Positions 20,198-29,407 of a stretch of DNA of 64,000 bases are shown here, piece after piece; within the stretch, counting starts at the first letter, position 1; each line of letters opens with the position of its first letter. A program made the position numbers and the translations under genes. Source of the DNA: PVC group bacterium. Its GTDB lineage: Bacteria > Omnitrophota > Gorgyraeia > B26-G9. The stretch is from positions 356,593 to 420,592 of the forward strand of contig JAAEQR010000142.1 in the NCBI GenBank assembly GCA_024231215.1, written 5' to 3'. The notes under the pieces were generated by a model that did no database searches, was not told where the DNA came from, and was given only the letters and a program-made list of their open reading frames with translations.

Positions 20198-20455
20198 CTA
20201 CTGCTTTTTCAAGTGGATAAAAAGGCGCCCCCAGTTTTTACTGTCCTTATCGATCCGGTGATACATCTTACGGATATGTTTTTGATCAAGAAAACGCAAT
20301 ACATGTTTTTTAAGCTGTCCGCTCCCCTTCCCCGGAATTATCTCAATAAGCCTGATCCCTTTCTCCACAGCTTCATCAAGTACACGCATAAGCTCTGCAT
20401 CTATTTTTTTGCCTTTATTAAAAATATCGTGTAAGTCTAGTTTTAGTTTAGCCAT
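20198..20455 (-). CDS. Smr/MutS2 C-terminal domain protein
   Basis: LDLH...EIIPGKGSGQLK. Confidence 0.85.
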   Translation of the reverse strand: MAKLKLDLHDIFNKGKKIDAELMRVLDEAVEKGIRLIEIIPGKGSGQLKKHVLRFLDQKHIRKMYHRIDKDSKNWGRLFIHLKKQ

Positions 20456-20469
20456 TATTCACTACTTCT

Positions 20470-20706
20470 CTAATAATTAAAAAGATCTTTCAGTTTATAC
20501 TCTTTACCTGTAGCTTGATTTAAAGCCCTGAGAATCTTAGATTTGACATTCGGGGTCAATCTTCTGCCCTTTACCGCACGCGATATCATCTTATGCGTAA
20601 TTTGTTCTGTTGAATTAGCCACAAGATCATTCGGTTTTAATTCATGTTCTACTATTATCCCGGCAATCGGCTGTTCCCCAAGGTCTCTTTTAATATCATT
20701 ATTCAT
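20470..20706 (-). CDS. Small conserved hypothetical protein, possible HTH
   Basis: Overlaps the upstream stop; helical pattern ITHKMISRAVKGRRLT, ends DLFNY. Confidence 0.6.
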   Translation of the reverse strand: MNNDIKRDLGEQPIAGIIVEHELKPNDLVANSTEQITHKMISRAVKGRRLTPNVKSKILRALNQATGKEYKLKDLFNY

Positions 20707-21119
20707 TTAATCCGCTTAGCTCTCTTATCTGTATCTATAAGCTCAATATTCATACCTTGTTTAGCAAAGATAAACGCTATATTCTCATTATCAAACGCTT
20801 CTCCCGGCTGAGGAGCAGCTAATACTCTTAGCCCCAAATCTTTGACTCTGTCTATCTCTTTATCAAGATCAGGACATTTAAAACACAAATGATGCAATCC
20901 CCCGCCCCTCTGCGCAAAAATATAAACCGGAGAAGTTGAGTCTGTCGGCTCAATCAATTTCACAGGCAAAGATCCCTCTTTTTCAAGAAACACAACGTTT
21001 ACCTTCTGTCGTGTATTAGTAACGATTTCAGTCATTTGCTCATACCCAAACACCTTTTTCCAGTGTTCTATCCCTGAATCCAAAGATCTTACGGCAATAC
21101 CTATATGGTCGATATTCAT
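20703..21119 (-). CDS. VOC family protein (methylmalonyl-CoA epimerase-like)
   Basis: IDHIGIAV, LIEP, GGGLHHLCF, IELI. Confidence 0.85.
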   Translation of the reverse strand: MNIDHIGIAVRSLDSGIEHWKKVFGYEQMTEIVTNTRQKVNVVFLEKEGSLPVKLIEPTDSTSPVYIFAQRGGGLHHLCFKCPDLDKEIDRVKDLGLRVLAAPQPGEAFDNENIAFIFAKQGMNIELIDTDKRAKRIK

Positions 21120-21341
21120 ATTTTACTGCTCCTTTCTAAGTTCTATCCATACTACTCCTGCGACGCATCTATATAGATAACTATACTTTATATACACAAT
21201 ATTTGTCAACACCTTGCATGCAGTTAGAAGTCATTTCTACCTAATATTATAAAAATGAGTTAATATCCCCTTGAAATAAACAAACCTTATGGTATACTTT
21301 AATACATTTTCTTAAAAAAATTAACAAAAAAGGAAAAAATA

Positions 21342-23519
21342 GTGAAAAAAATAAATAAGATATTACTGAATCTGAAAATATTAATTATAGTCCAAGCTAT
21401 ATTATTTGCAAATATTGCCACTGCTGATTTTGCACAATCTAAAGATTATAATACATCCCAAAACAGTATAATCGACACAACCCAACTATCCCCTCGACTT
21501 TTTGTAAACAATCAAGGACTTATCAATTTATTTTCAACAACTACGAATATCACAGAACCTTCGATTATCAATAATAAATATCTTCATGCCTCAGATTCTA
21601 CTAAAATCACATCTTCTATTGTTATTGCCCTAAATAATTCCCCACGTGAAGACAGAGTACTTTTAGAACAAGGTTTAATAGATTGCCCAGATATTCTCAA
21701 AAAGTCATTAATTGCTTTTGTAAAACACGGAGAACTTGCCCGTAATGACATTTTGCAAATATCTATTAATCAGGGTAAAACCTTTGAAATCAACAAGAAA
21801 CACCGCCATTTAACAATAACCTATCCTGAAATCATTTCTTCTCAAAGAATTATCTATGAATTGGAATCGGTATTAGAGACATCCAAAGAAACAATTACTC
21901 AAGTTATTAGTCTTCATCCAGATTTAATAGAAGATGGGTTTTATACAAGCAACTCATTTCCAAATAGAGCATTTAATAATCCACATATCTGGAGACAACT
22001 TATAACCTCAAAAGTCCAAATAGCTCCCCTAGAATTATATACCGGCAAATCTATTTCCTGTGTCTTCCTAACAAAATTTTGCCCTGTGGGCTGTAAACAT
22101 TGTTTTTTTAAATCCCCTCGCCCTGGAACAAGAAAAAATCAAGATGATGCATTAACCCCTGAAGGTGTCAATCGATTAATAGATTTTTTAAACAAAGCAA
22201 ATACAGGATATTTGCTCATTTCTGGCGGAGGAGATCCTTTCATGGAACTCAAAGCAATTGAAAAAATAGCAGAACATGTCAAAGCTAATAAGATCGTGCT
22301 TGTTACAAGCGGCTTTTGGGCTAAAGATTTTAATACCGCTAAAAAAATAATGCAAAAAATATATACTGCTTTCAATAAAAGACCGGCAAATCGGCCAGAA
22401 ATAGTATTGCGCTTAAGTCTAGATTCCGGACATGCAGAAAATGTAGGCATAACTCCTGCCATAAATTTAATACGACTTTTTCAAAAACATTATAAGGATG
22501 AACAAAATTTCAAACTTCAGATGCATTCACTATTAGGCGATACAACAATCAATAATGTATTAAAACATTTTGAAGTCAAAGAAATGTTTTACTCCAATGA
22601 ATCTTTTTCAGACTTAATCAAACAGAAACATCAAAACCATATTATAAAAATAAGTTCCCAAAAACTAGAAACAACCTTATCCGATGGTTTTAAACTTATA
22701 ACTGGTTTTGCAAAGTTATTCAATGCTAATTTCGAAGTCGACCTACATGACCCAGAGATTGTCAAAAAAAACACAGCAGTTTTCGATCATGATATACTAG
22801 AAAATGAAGCCGATAATACTGCTGTCTCTTTCAATTGCAACGGAGAAAAAGGATTGGATTTCACGATCACATACGACGGCATTGTAAGAGTATGGGGCGC
22901 AAATTCACCCCATAGAGTAAACTCCCTTTATAAAGATGACTATGAAGCAATCATCGATCAAGCGTTTAATGATATCAACAGTCTGGCTTACATAGAAAAA
23001 GGATATTCCTATCGTGAACGCATTATTAATGAAGTTAATCCATTAGCTGCAATCAGGACAAAAGCAATTAATATACGTGATTATATCGGAGATATAATCA
23101 ACGAGGAAGCAAAAACAAGACTTTACTTGTCAATAAGAATTATACAGGATTATATTCGCGAAGGAAGAATTGATTCCAGCCAAGTCAAATCTTGGCCTGT
23201 GGCATTACAAAAACTCGTTTCTCTACCGAAAAAAGACCTTATCAAAGCCTACAATGAAGCTGAATTTTCTATTGTAGACCAATATATTAAAACCCCCAAT
23301 ATTCAGTTAAACGATTTATTAAAACTATACCGGTTGATTAAACGCGGACATTATGATGCAACTATTCAAGAACTAAGCGATAAAATATCGGCAAGCAAGC
23401 AATTATCTGAAACCATGAAAAAACAATTCTTCGAAGCTATTGCTCAAAAACAAACAGACTGCAAAAAAAACAACTCTGAGAACTTCACCCTAGACCAATT
23501 ACTTGCTGTTAGCATCTAA
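21342..23519 (+). CDS. Radical SAM-like 4Fe-4S protein with N-terminal signal peptide
   Basis: MKKINK + hydrophobic stretch + ATA-D cleavage-like site; FLTKFCPVGCKHCFF, ISGGGDPF, LVTSGFWA, LSLDSGH; upstream TTGAAA-N17-TATACT promoter. Confidence 0.75.
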   Translation: MKKINKILLNLKILIIVQAILFANIATADFAQSKDYNTSQNSIIDTTQLSPRLFVNNQGLINLFSTTTNITEPSIINNKYLHASDSTKITSSIVIALNNSPREDRVLLEQGLIDCPDILKKSLIAFVKHGELARNDILQISINQGKTFEINKKHRHLTITYPEIISSQRIIYELESVLETSKETITQVISLHPDLIEDGFYTSNSFPNRAFNNPHIWRQLITSKVQIAPLELYTGKSISCVFLTKFCPVGCKHCFFKSPRPGTRKNQDDALTPEGVNRLIDFLNKANTGYLLISGGGDPFMELKAIEKIAEHVKANKIVLVTSGFWAKDFNTAKKIMQKIYTAFNKRPANRPEIVLRLSLDSGHAENVGITPAINLIRLFQKHYKDEQNFKLQMHSLLGDTTINNVLKHFEVKEMFYSNESFSDLIKQKHQNHIIKISSQKLETTLSDGFKLITGFAKLFNANFEVDLHDPEIVKKNTAVFDHDILENEADNTAVSFNCNGEKGLDFTITYDGIVRVWGANSPHRVNSLYKDDYEAIIDQAFNDINSLAYIEKGYSYRERIINEVNPLAAIRTKAINIRDYIGDIINEEAKTRLYLSIRIIQDYIREGRIDSSQVKSWPVALQKLVSLPKKDLIKAYNEAEFSIVDQYIKTPNIQLNDLLKLYRLIKRGHYDATIQELSDKISASKQLSETMKKQFFEAIAQKQTDCKKNNSENFTLDQLLAVSI

Positions 23520-23590
23520 TGTTCTATTAAATCCTTTTCAAAATCTAATAACTCTTTCTTTAAATCAGTTCCTAGGGCATACCCACCCAG
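23516..23590 (-). pseudogene. Orphan duplicated 3' end of ogt (MGMT) gene
   Basis: Translates as LGGYALGTDLKKELLDFEKDLIEH*, versus IGGYALGVKLKKELLDFERDL* at the end of the intact gene 24322-24639. Confidence 0.8.
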
Positions 23591-23624
23591 GGAATAACAG
23601 GGTCAGACTAAACTTCCCCTGAAC

Positions 23625-24191
23625 TCAGCCCCGCGTTGTTACCCCTCTATTGGTTGACATCTCGTCCTTGACATCAAACACAAAGCCGTGATTACGAAGG
23701 AATTCCCCTATTTCTTCCAAGAGAATGGCTTTTTGCTTTGGGTGGACAAAAGATGCCAAGATAATTCTCTTGGGACAAACTCCGGGCTTTTGGAACAGAT
23801 TGAGCGTATAGACCGATTCCAATTCGAATCCATCATCATAATGCTCAAGCGTCAGAGCGGCGAGATCTTGTTTGTCTATCCATACGCTGGACGTAGGCAA
23901 AAAACCGGTTCCATAGACAACAAGGGATTCTCCATCCACCTCAAGAATATGCTTCCTATTTCTCTTAAGTAGGGTGTATGGAATAAAGCATACCCCTACA
24001 TAGCCAAATATCAGCCAAATCAAAAAGAAAGGGGAGGGGTCCACTAAAGCCGCAACCGTGATAAAGATCGTCAGTGGTACCCATATCAGCCAAAATAGAA
24101 TCAGGAATCCGGTAAAAAACCAATCTTTCCTATATTTTCGCGGATTTATTGCATACTTTGTATTGTTTTTATTCGTCTTCATTGCATCCAT
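23625..24191 (-). CDS. Hypothetical membrane protein (2 TM) in a small insertion
   Basis: 188-aa ORF with two hydrophobic helices; flanked by a 14-bp imperfect inverted repeat. Confidence 0.65.
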   Translation of the reverse strand: MDAMKTNKNNTKYAINPRKYRKDWFFTGFLILFWLIWVPLTIFITVAALVDPSPFFLIWLIFGYVGVCFIPYTLLKRNRKHILEVDGESLVVYGTGFLPTSSVWIDKQDLAALTLEHYDDGFELESVYTLNLFQKPGVCPKRIILASFVHPKQKAILLEEIGEFLRNHGFVFDVKDEMSTNRGVTTRG

Positions 24192-24276
24192 CTTCTGCCA
24201 ACATCATAATCACCTACTGGGTTGACCCCGTTATTCTGTCTGCTAGCAACCAACTTCTAAAGTGGAGGTCTGACCC

Positions 24277-24309
24277 CTTGCTTACCTTGCTTACTTGCTT
24301 ACTTGCTTA
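24277..24309. repeat. Short tandem repeat, about 4 x CTTGCTTA, following a GGTCTGACC palindrome
   Basis: cttgcttac-cttgctta-cttgctta-cttgctta read directly from the sequence. Confidence 0.75.
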
Positions 24310-24321
24310 ATATGCTTTTCC

Positions 24322-24639
24322 CTACAAATCTCTCTCAAAATCCAATAACTCTTTCTTTAACTTCACTCCTAAGGCATATCCGCCTATTTTCCCGCCGCTG
24401 GCAATAACGCGATGGCAAGGGATAAGTAACGGCAAAGGGTTTTTCTTGAGCGCCTGGCCTACTGCACGCTGTGAATTTGGCCGGCCAATACGTTCAGCTA
24501 TCCACTTATAGGTCCTGACCTGGCCGGGTTTAATCTCACACGCCGCTTTTAATACCGCGCGTTCAAATACCGTAAAATCGCGCAGAATCATATCTATACT
24601 CTTTGGAACATCTAATGTTATCTTTTTTTGTTTTTTCAT
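24322..24639 (-). CDS. ogt: Methylated-DNA--protein-cysteine methyltransferase (MGMT, short form)
   Basis: RAVGQAL..NP...IPCHRVI...GGY. Confidence 0.92.
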   Translation of the reverse strand: MKKQKKITLDVPKSIDMILRDFTVFERAVLKAACEIKPGQVRTYKWIAERIGRPNSQRAVGQALKKNPLPLLIPCHRVIASGGKIGGYALGVKLKKELLDFERDL

Positions 24640-25889
24640 TTCTTCTTCGAAATCTTGGCCGGAAACATCTCTTTTTTCCTTCTTAATCGATGATAAGAAA
24701 CCGCAAACCTGTGAGCTTCATCTCTTACACGCATAAGCAAATGTAGTGCCTTAGAATCGCGCGGCAAAGCTATTGGGGTTTCCTGCCACTGTACATAGAT
24801 ATGTTCAAATTTTTTAGCGATACTCGCCACCGGGATATTAACCCCAGCTTTTAAGAGTTTCCGGCAGGCACATTCTAAATGCCCCTTTCCTCCGTCAATT
24901 AGTATTACGTCCGGTAATTCCAGTTTTTTGGCTAAACTTCCCTGATAACGCCGCCCTACAACCTCTTCAATCATCGCATAATCATTAATTCCGTCTACAG
25001 TTTTTATCTTAAACCGACGATAGTTTTTTTTCTCCGGCTTACCATTTTTAAACCGCACCATTGATCCCACTGCTTCGTTACCAAATATATTTGATATATC
25101 AAACCCTTCGATAATATTCGGTCTATTTTTCAGCCGCAGTACAGATTGCAAAGCCGCAACCTGATCTGAGACCTTCCCCTTTGAATACTTTGACGGCACA
25201 GTACTCAAACTTTCTATTTCATCACGCAATCTTAATGCTCGTTCAAAATCATACTCTAAAGAAGCTGCTTTCATCTCACTAGACAGTTTATTAATAAGAG
25301 CTGCTTTTTTACCGTTTAAAAATAATAGAAGATTATCAAGTACACGCGAATATTCCTTTTTATCACTTTTGTTAATACATGGGCCCAGACACTGATCAAG
25401 GTGATAATTCAAACAGACTGATTTTGGCATTACACGGCAAGTACGAAGCGGGAAAATCCGGCGCATAAATGCAAGCGCCTGACGCAAGAGCCGCACAGAA
25501 GTATAAGGCCCAAAATAACTAGCCCCATCATTCTTACGACGGCGGACAATAACTAAACGCGGATATTTTTCATTAAAAGTTAATTTTAGTAAAGGATACG
25601 CCTTATCATCTTTAATCGCGGTATTGTATTTTGGTTTATACTCTTTAATCAAGCCAGATTCAAGAATCAGTGCTTCAGCTTCTGTAGTGGTAGTAATACT
25701 ATCTATATCTTTAATGTTATTTACTAAAGCTTGCTGTTTTACGTTCTTAGTTGTTTTACTGAAGTATGAGCCTACCCTCTTTTTTAAAGAAGAAGCCTTG
25801 CCGATGTAAATTATCCCACCGGAGCTATCCTTCATTAAATACACCCCGGGATTATCCGGTAATGTTTTCACCTTGTCTATCAGCTTCAT
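24636..25889 (-). CDS. uvrC: Excinuclease ABC subunit C (lacks C-terminal HhH)
   Basis: GIY-YIG (PGVYLM..IYIGKA), UVR motif, GFDISN, LIDGGKGH, RDEAHRFA. Confidence 0.93.
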   Translation of the reverse strand: MKLIDKVKTLPDNPGVYLMKDSSGGIIYIGKASSLKKRVGSYFSKTTKNVKQQALVNNIKDIDSITTTTEAEALILESGLIKEYKPKYNTAIKDDKAYPLLKLTFNEKYPRLVIVRRRKNDGASYFGPYTSVRLLRQALAFMRRIFPLRTCRVMPKSVCLNYHLDQCLGPCINKSDKKEYSRVLDNLLLFLNGKKAALINKLSSEMKAASLEYDFERALRLRDEIESLSTVPSKYSKGKVSDQVAALQSVLRLKNRPNIIEGFDISNIFGNEAVGSMVRFKNGKPEKKNYRRFKIKTVDGINDYAMIEEVVGRRYQGSLAKKLELPDVILIDGGKGHLECACRKLLKAGVNIPVASIAKKFEHIYVQWQETPIALPRDSKALHLLMRVRDEAHRFAVSYHRLRRKKEMFPAKISKKK

Positions 25890-27411
25890 GTTTTAGCTTC
25901 AGAATTCCCATTCGCCAGGATGTTAAAAGAAAAAATGCTATACCCGCAATTATAGCAATAAATAAACTTGCCCAATTAGGCAAGAACCCGATAAAAAAAT
26001 TATAAGTATACCAGCAAAGCACCCCCATAATGGCTGAAACAACGATTGTTTCGAGAACCACCTTTAACAAGCGCTTAAGATGAATCTCCCCTATTTTACG
26101 GCGCAGAAAAAATAATAGTAGGAAAAAGTTAGTAGCAGAAGAAATCGCAGTAGCTAGAGCAAGTCCGCCAGCTCTTAACGGCTTCATCAAAACAAAATTT
26201 AATACGATATTCAAAACAACACAAATAGCCGTAATCTTTACCGGAGTAACCGTGTCCTGCAATGCATAAAAACAAGAAGTCGTTACTTTTACTCCGCTAT
26301 ATGCAAATAGGCCGAATGAATAAAACATTAATGCAGTTGCTGTCATATATGCCGAAGCTGTATCAAACTGCCCCCGCTCAAAAACAAATTTAACAATCGG
26401 CAGAGAAAGAACGATTAGTCCCACGGCCGAAGGAATAAGTAATACAAGTATTGAACGCAAAGAAAACAATAAAGTCTCCTTTAATTTTTCAATGTCTTTG
26501 GCTGCAGCCTGCCGCGACATTGTCGGCAAACAAGCAGTAGCTACAGAAATACCAAATATCCCGGTAGGAAACTGAACAAGTCTGGTACCAAAGTACAAAG
26601 CAACAACCGCTCCCTCACCTACAATGCTGCCTAAGCTGGCAAATATCGTATCTGCGAAAATATTAAGCTGATAAATACTAGAGCCTACCATTCTCGGCAC
26701 AAGCAATTTAGCAATGCGTTTTGCCGCTGGATGATAAAAGTGCCGAGGAAACCGGAACCGAAACCCTTTTTTAACTAAAACCGGTATTTGTACAGCAAGC
26801 TGTAAAAAACCGCCGATCAATACCGCAATCGCCATACCCATAATCGGTTCTGATAAGCGATGACAAATAAAAAGTCCAAATATGATCATACTAATATTTA
26901 AAAAACAGGAACTTACGGCAGAAGCTACAAAATGCTTTAATGTATGAAGAACTCCCATTACATAAGAAGATAGGCCGATAAACACAATGAACGAAAACAT
27001 CAAACGAGTCAACTTTATCGTTAACGCCATTTTTGCTTCATCCCCGGCAAAACCAAACGCGATAATTCTCACAATAAACGGAGCTAAAAGCGTTCCCAGA
27101 ATAGCCAGCGAGATCAAAGCCACAGCAAAAATATTAAGCAAAACCGTAGTCAGCCGCCAAAATTCTTTTTCATCGCCTTTTTCCAGATATTCACTAAGTA
27201 CCGGGATAACCGCAGCATTGGTAGCCCCTTCCCCCACCAGATTACGCAGGGTATTCGGAATACGAAAAGCAACGACAAAAGCCTGAGCCGGAACACTAGT
27301 TCCAAACAAAAACGCAATGATCACATCCCGAAGAAATCCTAAAATACGACTCATCAGGGTGAAGAATCCAATAGTTCCAGCAGATTTAAATAAGTTCTTA
27401 TGTTCTTTCAT
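25852..27411 (-). CDS. murJ: Lipid II flippase MurJ (MviN)
   Basis: SRILGFLRD, AFRIPN..R...GEGA, RLVQFP.G.FG, FERGQF. Confidence 0.95.
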   Translation of the reverse strand: MKEHKNLFKSAGTIGFFTLMSRILGFLRDVIIAFLFGTSVPAQAFVVAFRIPNTLRNLVGEGATNAAVIPVLSEYLEKGDEKEFWRLTTVLLNIFAVALISLAILGTLLAPFIVRIIAFGFAGDEAKMALTIKLTRLMFSFIVFIGLSSYVMGVLHTLKHFVASAVSSCFLNISMIIFGLFICHRLSEPIMGMAIAVLIGGFLQLAVQIPVLVKKGFRFRFPRHFYHPAAKRIAKLLVPRMVGSSIYQLNIFADTIFASLGSIVGEGAVVALYFGTRLVQFPTGIFGISVATACLPTMSRQAAAKDIEKLKETLLFSLRSILVLLIPSAVGLIVLSLPIVKFVFERGQFDTASAYMTATALMFYSFGLFAYSGVKVTTSCFYALQDTVTPVKITAICVVLNIVLNFVLMKPLRAGGLALATAISSATNFFLLLFFLRRKIGEIHLKRLLKVVLETIVVSAIMGVLCWYTYNFFIGFLPNWASLFIAIIAGIAFFLLTSWRMGILKLKHEADRQGENITG

Positions 27412-27516
27412 TATTCCTCTTATAATTCAATTAATATTACACTATATAATAACACAACTTATAGTTTTTGCCACAACTAATACAAGATCCTTTGACTCCG
27501 CTCAGGATAAATTACT

Positions 27517-27546
27517 TGACAAGCAAGTCTCCTCTATGGTATATTT
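27517..27546 (+). promoter_or_regulatory. Sigma70-type promoter for rpsT
   Basis: TTGACA-N18-TATATT, followed by AAGGAG RBS before ATG 27578. Confidence 0.55.
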
Positions 27547-27577
27547 TTTAAAATTCATTGAGAAAGGAGTTTGTTAT

Positions 27578-27907
27578 ATGCCTTCAAAGAAATCAGGAAT
27601 TAAAGCACTAAAACAATCGAAAAAAAAGCAACAGGTTAATATCGTATTGAAAAAGGCCTTAAAGAAGGAAGAGAAGAAAATTGCTTCCTTGATCGCCGAA
27701 ATTGCCGACAATGATGTTAGTAAGGTTAAAACGGAATTAGCCGGATTCTTTTCGCGGGTCGATAAGTCAGCAGCCAGAGGAATCATTCATAAAAATAAAG
27801 CCTCTCGCAAAAAAGCACGTCTTGTAAAAAAGATCAATAAGCTGGCAACAATTAAGAAAAAGCCCGCGGTAAAGACAACTAAAAAAGCAGCAAAAGCAGC
27901 AAAATAA
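27578..27907 (+). CDS. rpsT: 30S ribosomal protein S20 with Lys/Ala-rich tail
   Basis: MPSKKSGIKALKQS...VDKSAARGIIHKNKASRKKARL; true start 27578 (the ORF track extends it upstream). Confidence 0.92.
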   Translation: MPSKKSGIKALKQSKKKQQVNIVLKKALKKEEKKIASLIAEIADNDVSKVKTELAGFFSRVDKSAARGIIHKNKASRKKARLVKKINKLATIKKKPAVKTTKKAAKAAK

Positions 27908-27908
27908 G

Positions 27909-28910
27909 TCACACATTTTTGCAAAGTCGAACAATTAAGGTCTCAAGAGTCCATAACGGATTTTTGAGACCTTTTTTTATCATTAAATCAGACTCCAATA
28001 AATATCTAAAGCCCTTTTCTATCTCTTCTTTTTTAAAGCGAGATGCCTGTTTTTGAACAATATTAACAACATAGGGGCTCATCTTAAGCTGTCGTGCCAT
28101 TTCCGATTGGGGACACCCCTGTTCGCTAAGCTGTTTGACAGCCTCAACCCTTTTTAACTGCCAATTTATAAGACCAATTATATCTGTAACATGCTTACCA
28201 TCTCCGGCAAGCTCATTAGCAATTATTAATGCCCTATCCACCCGTTTATACATCAAGGCATCTAAAAGAGCAAACCGGCTATCCGTAGTTGTCTTGGAAA
28301 CCAACTCTATTACCGCCTTTTCATCTATTTGTTTTGCCGTACGACTATAAACTAAAAGTTTATCCAAAGCATTCGCAACAGCATCCAGGTCAGAACCGAT
28401 GTTCTCAATCAACAAAGTTACCGCACTCAATGATATCTTCTTTCCCCTAATTTTAGTATAATTATTGACCCATTTTCTTAAACCTGATTCATCGAGACAC
28501 GAAAAAATAATCGGACGAACAAACTTCACAATCTTTTTTATAAATTTGTCACCTAATTTCTTATCTGTTTCTAAGATAAGACAACTATTCTGTATTGGAC
28601 GGCTTAAAAACGCAAGAAGATCTTTTTCAAATGCGGAAAATTTCTCAACATTCTTCACAATCACTAATCTGCGGCTAGTCATAAATGGCTGAGTTGTAAC
28701 AGCGTCTAAGACTGCATTAAAATTACCTTCTTCAGCATAAAAAACATTGAAGTTAAAATGAATTGATTCTGCGGGGACAAGGACTTTCTTTATTTCCTCT
28801 TCTATGGAGCGTTTTAAAAAAATTTCTTCGCCGGCAAATAAATACAGCGGCTCGATGCGGCCTGATGAAATATCTGATTTAACATCCCAATAGCTAAAAG
28901 ACTTTACCAT
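27909..28910 (-). CDS. holA: DNA polymerase III subunit delta
   Basis: LYLFAGEE.FL, PFMTSRRLVIVK, LDKL, D..IKKG; synteny with rpsT and lptE. Confidence 0.92.
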   Translation of the reverse strand: MVKSFSYWDVKSDISSGRIEPLYLFAGEEIFLKRSIEEEIKKVLVPAESIHFNFNVFYAEEGNFNAVLDAVTTQPFMTSRRLVIVKNVEKFSAFEKDLLAFLSRPIQNSCLILETDKKLGDKFIKKIVKFVRPIIFSCLDESGLRKWVNNYTKIRGKKISLSAVTLLIENIGSDLDAVANALDKLLVYSRTAKQIDEKAVIELVSKTTTDSRFALLDALMYKRVDRALIIANELAGDGKHVTDIIGLINWQLKRVEAVKQLSEQGCPQSEMARQLKMSPYVVNIVQKQASRFKKEEIEKGFRYLLESDLMIKKGLKNPLWTLETLIVRLCKNV

Positions 28911-29407
28911 AATGTAAGTATTTTATTCAGCATACGACGCGAAAGATCAGCTAAAGCATCCTGACGAGCGTTAGCCTCAGATGTCGCCAAACTACCACTC
29001 AGATAAAAAGTAGCATCTCCGGTAAGATTGTTTTCTCGAACAATAATTTCATTTTTCATCACATCATTAAATGCAAAACTAACGGTTATAGTTAAACGAT
29101 ATTCGCGTATTTCATCATCATTCGTATACCGTAAAGCACTCCGATTATAGCCAATCAACGATCCCTTTAAAACCGCATCCGCATCTTCTGAAGATGAAAT
29201 GCTTAAATTTCCATCATCCTGAACTATAGCGATAAGATTTGTCCGGAATTCATTTTCCAAATTAGGCTGGTCTGTTTGGTTAGAAAATGTATCAATATAA
29301 ACTGACTTTATATGTGTAGGTAAAAAATTTGCTTTGGTCGCATATCCACACCCGAAAATAAAAATAAAACTAAATATTAAACAATGTAGAGCTATTCTCT
29401 TTTTCAC
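28904..29407 (-). CDS. lptE: LPS assembly lipoprotein LptE-like
   Basis: Lipobox FIFGC-GY, LPTHIKSVYIDTFSNQT; next to holA; GTG start overlaps the bamD stop. Confidence 0.8.
   Translation of the reverse strand: MKKRIALHCLIFSFIFIFGCGYATKANFLPTHIKSVYIDTFSNQTDQPNLENEFRTNLIAIVQDDGNLSISSSEDADAVLKGSLIGYNRSALRYTNDDEIREYRLTITVSFAFNDVMKNEIIVRENNLTGDATFYLSGSLATSEANARQDALADLSRRMLNKILTLW

Noticed and set aside
21160-21210. NrdR-box-like TATATAG sequence upstream of the VOC gene
   Set aside because: Poor match to consensus, no tandem partner, unrelated target gene; better explained as an AT-rich promoter
27317-27577. 87-codon upstream extension of rpsT in the ORF track
   Set aside because: Overlaps the murJ start and the promoter; RBS and S20 homology begin at 27578
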